DNA of 64,000 nucleotides, from assembly GCA_028534125.1 (NCBI GenBank), contig CM052818.1, forward strand, positions 8,620,001 through 8,684,000. The letters are read 5' to 3'. The notes under the pieces were generated by a model. It was not told the origin of the DNA, searched no databases, and saw nothing but the letters and a program-made list of their open reading frames with translations. Source of the stretch: Lama glama (lineage: Eukaryota). A program made the translations under genes and the position numbers. Below, one piece after another: positions 55,106 to 64,000 of this stretch (position 1 is its first letter; every line of letters starts with the position of its first letter).

Positions 55106-58100
55106 TTTTAAAAGTCACTGCTTTGCACTAGCAGCAATGTCAGTATCTTAAGCCCACTTTATTTGCATGCAGTGTAAGCTCACTACTGAATCCAAAAAAA
55201 GTATTCTAGATCTGTTTTCTTTTTTTAAACTTATCTTTAAGCAGCGGAACCCTTTTTTTCCCAAACGAAATCTGTGTTAGAGCCTGATTTATATAAAATG
55301 GATAAAAATAGAGCTGCACATATTGATACTGGGCTGGGGAGCATCATCTACCCACCCCTTCTGATCCTGAGGGACCTCTGTGGGACCCATTAGGACACTC
55401 AGAACTTAGTTTAAAAACCACTGATCCAAACAATCCTACTGCAGCTAGGCAGGAACATTCATATCACCTGCGACTTTGGTTTTTAAAATCTTCTGAGAAG
55501 CATCCATTAATAAGATGAAGTGCTTATTTACCTAAGGAGATAAGGACTCTAACATGAGATCATCAGGTCACTATTTGGCTCTCCTGATGATGCTTTTCTA
55601 ACCTGGAATGAAAGAGTCAAGTACTCTTTGAAAGATTTAGAGGCTCAAAGTACTTCAGGGCACAGGCTGAACACATTTTACCATGACCCCTGACATCAGG
55701 GGGGTGGTTCAGAGTGTAGTTAAAGCATAAGGGGATTTACCCTGATGCCCTGTTTGTGTTGGTTGGGGCCAAAGTCAATCACACGTATAATGTTCTCATC
55801 CTTGAGCACTTGTGCTTTTCTTTATGTCACTGATACTCAGCACTAAAGCCTAGGATTCTTTTCATTAGGAAATTTTTCTCACGAATAGTGTTTTCTGCCA
55901 AAGGGAACCACCTTGCTCCAGACAGAATCGTGTTTAGAAAAGACACTTGTCAATAGGAAGTCACATAATGAAATGTCTCTTGGGCAGATGAGCCACCGTT
56001 TGAAGTGACTGAGAGGAAAGATTAATCAAGGGCCCACACAAAACGCTGGGGGAGGTGGCGGCATCGCTATTATCAGGGGGCCATGAACACTTCGTGCACC
56101 CACGGGAGCCTTGGCTTTATAATCAGCAAGAGGTAAGTCCTTCTAAATTTCTTGTGGGGAGGGGATGGGAACACTTTCATGCCCATAAATACTGTTTACT
56201 TTGACTGTAGGAAAAACTTGTAGTGTAAGTAAAAATCTAAGTAACTTCATGACTATATGATCAGAAAGTGTGGAGCAACCTCTATTAGACAAAAGTACAG
56301 TAAAAATATATTTTCTTTCATTGCCTATAACATTAAGAAGAAATCAAGAAAAACGCTCTATGTAATGATGTTTCAGTTTAGGAGCAAGGGCCATTAGAAA
56401 GGGAAGATCTAACTTTGCTTATGTTTGGCACATTGTTGACAGTCAATAAATCTGACATAATTGTACTACAAAAACTTATTCTTTGCTGAGGCAGATGAGG
56501 CAAATAGGTCATTTTCTTAACGGTATGGTCAAAACTTAAGTGCCTAAGAGATGTTCAGTTCAGTTCCTAGCTCAAGAGCTTGCCATCTAGTTTTAGTTTC
56601 AGAAACAGTCAAGTAAATGAAGAATTGTAGAGAGGGTGGCAGCTGTAATAGCAGTCAGCACAGGGTGCACACAGCAGAGGACACCTAAGCCAGCAAGCGT
56701 TCTCGGGGGAGGCGTCTAAATGAGGTGATAGCTGGGCTGAGTCTTGAAGGTCAAAAATGTAGAAAGGAGAGAAAATGGTAGTGGAGATGGGGTGGGGAGG
56801 AGTTCTAGATGAAGACGGGGCATGGACAAAGAGAAGAAAGTGTTGCTTGTTTCGAAGTGTCACGCGGTTAGAACATAAGGTGTCTGTGAGGGGCTGGCAA
56901 GAGATTTGGCTAGAAAAGTAGGCAGGACCAAGGCCACAAAGGACATGAAAGTGTCAAGCGAAGGAGTGTGAACATCAGTCCTTAAGGTTATAGGGAGCCA
57001 TTAAGGGAAATAAACAGAAATAATGTGCTCAGATAAGCAATTTGGAACTTAGCAGCATGGTGTCGAAGTCCAAAATTCAAAAAGTTTAAAACATGAATCT
57101 CATATTAGTATAGAATTGACATGATTAAAGGTTTTATTTAACTCATGAAATAATAAGGGAACCAGCAATTTAGTTAAGCTGATTCCAAGAGACTTGAAGG
57201 AGGAGTTTACACAGGAGAGGAATCAAAATGACTTTCTTATTCCTTTAAGTTAGAGACAGATTTTGGTTAGTGTTCGAGCAATAAAATTTTGGGATTACCC
57301 CTTCCGGGGACAAAACTGTTTGCATCTCTACTAGGTAAAAATCTGTAAGTTAATATGTAACTGCACAGAGTGTGAGCCCTTAACTTATAAATTCCAATAA
57401 TAATAATAAATAATTCCAATGGTGGTACCTCCCCTAATGAAATAATTATTGAGTAGACCTCTTAAAAACACTTTACCATCACAGTGGAAAAATGTACGAC
57501 ACTGTCTTGGCTTTATTTCCAAGCACTGTATACTTTTTCTTAACAGTGAAAGGAGGAGGGGATAAGGTAGAAGCTGGAAAAAAAAAAAAACAGTTAAAAG
57601 CCAATGTAATAACTCTAGGAAAAGATGGAGGATAACAAGCAGGAACTAAGCAACAGCAGTGTGATGGAGAGTTAGAAAAAAAGTTTGAGCCACTTTAAGA
57701 GAGAAAGGTATGGTCTATGACTTCAAATAACCACTTCAAATAACTGGATAAGATAAAGGTAGAAAAATATCCATTAGATTTGGCAGTGAGGAACCACTGG
57801 CCTTAGCACCAGATGTTACAGGTAGTGGGGGCAGAAGCCAGACTGTAGGCAGTTAAGGAATGAATAGAAGACAAGGAAGAAGAAACAGCAAGTGTAGCTT
57901 CTAGCTTTTTTCCCAGGAAGAGTAACTATAAAGGCAAAGAGACAATTTGAAGAGGGCCCTACATATAATGGCTCAAAATGTGTGATGGTCAACCCTGGAG
58001 ACCTGGTCACCATGTTGATTCTGTGAATGCTGCCTGCCAGGGACATGCAGTTCACAATAGGACATGGTAGCCTATTTTGAAAGGGACACTGGGTTGTGGA

Positions 58101-60420
58101 ATAGTTTTTCATTTGTTCATTTGTTTAGTATTAAAAATTAGCTTATGTATATCCTGGGAGGAAAGAGTTTTCAGAGAGGAGGAAATTGTAGTGGGGGGTG
58201 TGTGTGTGTGTATGTGTGTGACAGAGAGAGAGGGGATGGTTGACAGCATGGGGTTTCTGAATAGGCAGGAGGGGGTTTAATCAGAACACACTGAAGTATT
58301 TAATCATGGATAGAACAAAGAACACTGCTTACAGTGAGATGGAGAAAAGGCTGAGAGGAGATAATTGATGGCGGTACAAGTTTAGGGGTTTCTCAGGAAG
58401 TTGGGGTGTGTGTGTGTGTAAAGTAGGAGAAAAGTGCATTTATTGTAAGGAGTTGGGGAAAGGGAACTACTTTTAGCCAGAAAACGGGGGATTACTCAGC
58501 ACCCAAAAACTTTATAGTGGTATTGAGGGTCCAGCTGATATAGGAGACTATGATCTTATAGTGGAAACAACCCTTGGCTGTTTCAGAACAAATCCTGAAC
58601 CAGTAACAAGGAATAAATGATGGAAAAATTCCATTTAAGCATTTTAATTTTCCATTTTAAAAAAAGAGAGAAGAGTGGGGTTTGTAATCTACTGAAGAGG
58701 CAAAATAGTATAGGAAAAAATTATAGTCATTGAGTATGTCCATAGACAGACTACTAAACAGTCAACCATAAAACTGAAAGAGATAATGTTACATAGACAT
58801 TCAATAGTGGGTGGGGCCATAATCAAATATATTTTTCTCAGATCCCTGACTATATATACAATTTGATTTTAAATTGCATTATAAAATTTATGGGCCAACC
58901 TGAGGAATAGTTGTTTATCAATGAAGATTTAACATAACTGCTAGAAAAGACATAAAGAATATTTTTTTATTGTCCAGTCAATGCAGATGAAGATTCTTCA
59001 TAGAGTCCAGAAACCATCTCTTCCTGTTCTTTATTATCAAATGAGTTGTTCCTGGCTAATTTTATATATCCCACAGCTGGAAGAAGGTAGCAACACTCTT
59101 ATTATTCACAATGCCATAGCTCTTTGGAACCTGCCCAAATTTCAACAATATAGATTTTTCCCCTCTGTAGTTCCCTAATACCATTCACTGTCTTTAATAC
59201 TGGTTATATCATTACTCACGAAGCTGCATAATCTCTCATGCTACCTGTGAATAGTGGCTGCCAATCACTCTCTCAAAGGTAGTTCTGTGCTTCCTTAATG
59301 ATGCCCACAAATGTGAATCCAGAGTATGCAGAAAAAATGTGAACACTTATTTGTTTTCTAGTCATGTTAAAGAAAGAAGTTTCAAATGTAATTATTTGAA
59401 GTTAAAAACACAATGGATGGATTTAATAGCAGAATAACCACAGCTGGAGAATGGATTAAGAAAGATTGATCCAAAAAATTTTACACAATGTAGCCCAAAG
59501 AGATGGAAATATAAAAGACTGGTTATAAATCATGGAGATATTATAAGAAATGTAATAATTATCTAATTAGAATTCTAGGCAGACAATAGAGGAAGGAAGG
59601 AGTAAAAACAATAATTGAAGGGATTATGGCTACTTCTAGTAGTTCTTTTGAATCTGTTTCAAAATCTGCTGGGTCATGTTTCATGTCTATTTTCAATCCC
59701 TTTTCTTATTTCTTCAAATACATTTAACATATTTATTTTATTTTTTATTGAAGTATAGTCTGTTACAATGTGTCCATTTCTGGTGTATAACATACTTAAT
59801 TTTATATTCTGTGCCTGGTAATTCCACTAGCTAAAGCTTTGAAGTCTGATGCTTTTGTTGGCTGTTCTGCTGGCTCTTGCTCATGGTATATTATTTCCTC
59901 TTCTATTTTTTGATTTTGACCATGAGCTCCTATTTCTTTAGAACTTATTCATGGGAATTCTTTGAGGACTGTGTTGAAGATGTGTACACCCAGAACAGAT
60001 GTGCATTTGTTTCTGCTAGGCGCCTGGGAACCACAGACTGAGGTTTACTTTAAACTCAATTCTGGTTTTTGTGGTATGATTCCTGTACAGTAAACTACAC
60101 ATATTTCAGATGCACGATTTGATGAATTCTGATAGATGTATACATCAATGAAACCACCACCACAATCAAAGTAGCTAACATTTCCATCACTCCCCAAGAG
60201 GTACAAATTAAACTCAATCCTTGAGTTTTTTTGTACTCCCAGGTATACTGTGAATTTGGGCTACAAACCTGTGTGAGTTTTGGCTATGTTACAAATGCTC
60301 AGACAATTTTTTTTCCCTCTGTCTCCATTTGAAGTCAATTCTTGAAGCAGGCAATTTGCCCTGCAATTTTCTGGGTGTAGAGGAAAGGTGGTAGGTTTAT
60401 TTGTAGTTCATCCTTACACA

Positions 60421-60883
60421 TGTGAAATAAAAGTCATATTTTATGGCAAGACAAGAAAAAGTTAAACATAAAAAACTTCTCTGTCCTTTGGCCTCCTTTC
60501 CCCTTACTGTGCACTGTGTAGCTGTATTATGCATCCACCAAACCTCCCCCATTGTCAGGAATACCTGCTCAACCATGAAGAGTCACATTCTAGCATCATC
60601 AAAGCAACACCTCAAAAGATAACATTCCTTCTTGATCTTGTAAGGGGGTCACATGACCCACCAGAATGACGCTTAGATCTGGATTATGTAAACTGTCAAT
60701 AATATATCATTTGATGTATACCCCTCTGTCTCAAAAAAAAAAAAAAAGGCTTATATAACTCCAACTGGTGGAACACTTCTCAGAGCTTTCTGAGATGCTC
60801 TTCCCGGGTTATAATCCTCAAATTTGGCTTAAATAAAATTTTCCATTTCTTTCTTAGATCGACTGGTTAATTTTTCATCGACA
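60421..60883 (+). mobile_element. Solo ERV1-type LTR (463 bp)
   Basis: TG...CA termini, TSD CACA at 60417-60420 and 60884-60887, TATATAA box near 60752, AATAAA near 60832. Confidence 0.85.
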
Positions 60884-61349
60884 CACAAAAGTGGTAGTCT
60901 TGTGGGGACCCATCTTTAAGCAGAGGTGGATGGGTCTATACTTACACTTCTAACTTTTCACCAATGTCATTTGGCAAATGCCCTCAAGGCAAAAGCTGCT
61001 CTAGGATTTTGCTTATTTCCTGGGTTCCCACTTGCATTTCATTCTTGGCCTCTAAGTATTTCTTACTTTGCTGCCAGCATAAAATGCATTTCAAAAGATT
61101 AAAAAAAACCCCAACTTTCTCAGCTATTTTTAGTAGCTTGCAATGAGAGGACTATTTGGGCTATCTCATCTGTTGTACTGCCAGAAAGGGAAATCCCTCT
61201 GCCTCTGCCTGAGGGTTGAGAGTTGATCATCAGGGTTCCTTCCTGGGTCCTCCTCTCTTCTTATTCTACGTGCTCTTTCTCCCTAGACAGGTTTATTCAC
61301 TCCCACTACTTTGGTAGTCTTTACCAATTATCCTCTGAATTACACCTCT

Positions 61350-61833
61350 GTATTAGTTTCCTATGGCTGCTGACACAACTATACCACATATTTAGTTTAA
61401 AACAATGCACATTTACTTCCTTACAGTTCTGGAACCCAGAAGTCTAAATTCACTGGGATAAACTTAAAATATCATCAGGACTGGTTTCCCCTGGAGGCTG
61501 CAAGGGAAAAAATCTGTCCTTGCTTCTTCCAGCTTCTGGAGGCTTCCCACTCTCCTTGGATTATAACCCCTTCCTTGCAAACGCCAGAGTCCTGTTTCCC
61601 TCATTGCATCTCCTATTCCCTCTTCTGAAGTCAAATCTTCCTCGGCCTCCTTCGTACTCAGACACTGTGGTTACACTTAAGGTCTATCTAGATACTCCAG
61701 GATAATCTCCTTATCTCAAGATTCCTAACCTAATCACATCCCCAAAGTCATTTTTACCATTTGGGGTAACTGTCACGGACTCCAGGGAGTAGAATCTAGG
61801 TATCTTTTGGGGGTAATTATCCAGCCTACCACA
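61350..61833 (-). mobile_element. MaLR (MLT1) LTR
   Basis: TGTATTAGTTTCCTATGGCTGCTG...CTTCCAGCTTCTGG...CCAGGATAATCTCC...CAGCCTACCACA. Confidence 0.85.
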
Positions 61834-62417
61834 ACATCTAATCCTGACATCCAGACTCAAATTTTCAGTTTCCCTTTGAACATCTATTGGATGTCCCCCA
61901 GGCACCTCTAACTCATTTTAGCTAAAACTAAATTATATTCACCAGCTCAGCTAGTAACATCATCATCCTCCCAAGCATCCAATTTCAAAGAACGGTTGAA
62001 TTCTTAATTTTTCTTAGAATTATTATAGGAATCTACCACACAGTTAGGATTAAGTCTCTATTAACACTTTAGATATTGATTCAATTAGTTAATAATATTT
62101 ATTGAGAGCAAAATATGTCAAGGGCACTCTGGCAACCAGTGGGTATAAGATGGTGAATGAGATGTAAATAGATCTTTCTCCCACAGGGCTCACAGTCTAT
62201 AGTGGGATGCAGATAAGTAAACAGGAAGTTATGATATCATATAAGTGCTCTAATAGCAAAAACATAAGATGATGTAGGAATAGACTGGAGGGCAAACAAG
62301 TCCAGATACAGAGGATCATCAAGAGATGACAGCTAACCTGAAACCAAGTCATGAGTAAGAACTGGGGAGAGAAAGAGGGACTAGAGTGATAAAATGGCCC
62401 ATGACAAAGATAGCATT

Positions 62418-62758
62418 CTGTGGTCTGGTTGTCAGTGTCCACCCCTTTCCCTCAAATTCATGTGCTAAAACTTCAATCCTCAAAGGTATTAGTTTGTGGG
62501 ACCTTTGGCAGGTGCTTAGGTCATGAGGGTGGAACCCTCATGAACAGGGTTACTGCTCTTATAAAAAAGACTCGCCAGAGCTCCCTTGCCTCTTCCACCA
62601 TGTGAGTTTACAAGGAGCAGTCTGCAACCTGGAAGAGGGCTCTCACCTGACTGAGCTGGGACCCTGACCTTGGACTTCCAGCCTCCAAATACATTTCTAT
62701 TGTTTATAAGCCACCCAGCCTGTGGGATTTTGTTATTGCCGCCCGCACGAAGTAAGAC
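62418..62758 (+). mobile_element. MaLR (MLT1A-like) LTR inserted in L2
   Basis: CAAATTCATGTG...GGTCATGAGGGTGGAACCCTCATGAA...TTGGACTTCCAGCCTCCA...TAAGACA. Confidence 0.85.
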
Positions 62759-63295
62759 ACTCCATGTTTGAAAACCTAGAGGTAAAGGAAAACGTAGTAC
62801 ACCCAAAGAACTGCAAAGAGGTCAGCAAGGCCCTGACGGAGACGACAGGGTGGGGAACGTCGAAAGATGAGGATGGGGTATGAGCAGACGTCATGTCATG
62901 CAGGGCTCTGAACACCATGTTCAGAACTTGGGTCTTTATTCTGAGTGTGAAAAAGAGACACAGAATAGTTTTAAGCATACAAGTGACATAATCCAGTGAG
63001 TGCTTTAAAAGATTCTTCTGGTTGCAGCAAGGGTAACAGATGTACATGGGGCAAGGATATCAATTAGGAGTTGCAGAAAGCCAGGAGAGAGCTCTCAAAG
63101 AGCTAAGCTACGGCAGCAGCGGTGTGGATGAACACAACAGATAGATTAGAAAAATACATAGGACATTACGAAGAAGAGAGTCAAAGATGCTGCTCATGTG
63201 ACTGGTTGGAGCTGCTGAGAGGATAGTGGAACCAGTCCATGAGAAAGGGAGACAGAAAGAGGATTAGCCACTGGGGGGTCAGTTCAGTTTTAGGA

Positions 63296-63780
63296 TGTCG
63301 TGGAGCAAGGCTTTTTGTGCCCTGCTTTCTACCCTGTTGGCTCATCTCTGGCTTCCACGCTGTGGGGAACAGGTCCCTGAACTCTGACTATTTCCTGCAT
63401 GTGCTTTCCCCACACAGCCCTCTCCAGAGTTGGGGAAGTCCATTCAACCTGGCCAAGCTACAGCCCAGAAGTGTCTCAAGTTACCACTTCCTGGGGACGA
63501 TCTTCAACCAATGGGTGAGGGAGTGGACAATGGTGGTGGACAATGACCCAGCCTCCTTTCCTGCAGAGAGACAAATCTCAGTCACACAGATGGTGATTAC
63601 CAGTCTGTGCCCACAATGATTACAGCTCAGCACTGTGTCCTTTACAGACTCGTCCTCCTTCTCTGCTTTACTATTCTTGCTCCCTCACTCCTGCTTCTTG
63701 GAATTATCTTCCAAAAAAACTTCATGTATCTAAGCCCTTGTTCTAGGCTTTACTTGAGGGAGGGAGGTCCAAATGGAGAT
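63296..63780 (+). mobile_element. ERVL LTR (LTR16-like) inside L2
   Basis: TCAACCAATGG, CCCAGCCTCC, CCCTCACTCCTGCTTCTTGG, AGCCCTTGTTCTAGGCT are LTR16-like blocks. Confidence 0.55.
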
Positions 63781-64000
63781 AAATTTCTGTAGGACTTCAA
63801 CATGAAGACCCACATTAGACCTTCAGGGGAAGAGTTTTGGGGTAGAAGCATAAATTTGTGCTTTCTTTCCAATGGAGGCTGAAAACATGGAAGTAAATGA
63901 AATCAGCCAGTGAGAAGAGAAAGGGGCTTAGGAGAGAAACTTGAGGAACAGTAACATTTCAGGCACTGGCAGAAGAAGAGACAAGGAGATTGACAAAGAG

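Overview
Repeat-rich, AT-rich mammalian genomic DNA, probably camelid (a Vic-1-like tRNA-derived SINE and several cetartiodactyl-type L1 3' ends). I found no intact protein-coding gene. Most of the window is nested transposon debris: L1 of several ages, HAL1, L2, MIR, MaLR/ERVL/ERV1 LTRs and hAT/Tigger DNA elements. The best-supported non-routine items are: (1) a nearly perfect U6 snRNA copy fused to a short young L1 3' tail between 16-nt target-site duplications, i.e. a U6/L1 chimeric retrocopy (19925-20079); (2) a processed metallothionein-1-type pseudogene inside an L1 ORF2 (46820-47215); (3) a decayed ZNF862/PRDM11-like hAT transposase reading frame behind a splice-acceptor-like signal (minus strand, 17070-17900); (4) a CpG-island, promoter-like region (40570-41660) overlapping an old direct duplication; (5) a solo ERV1-type LTR with a 4-bp TSD. 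There are two assembly gaps. Repeat family names come from recalled consensus sequences, not from a database search, and most repeat boundaries are approximate. I see no evidence of a wholly new biological system; the transposase remnant plus CpG island is the most open question.
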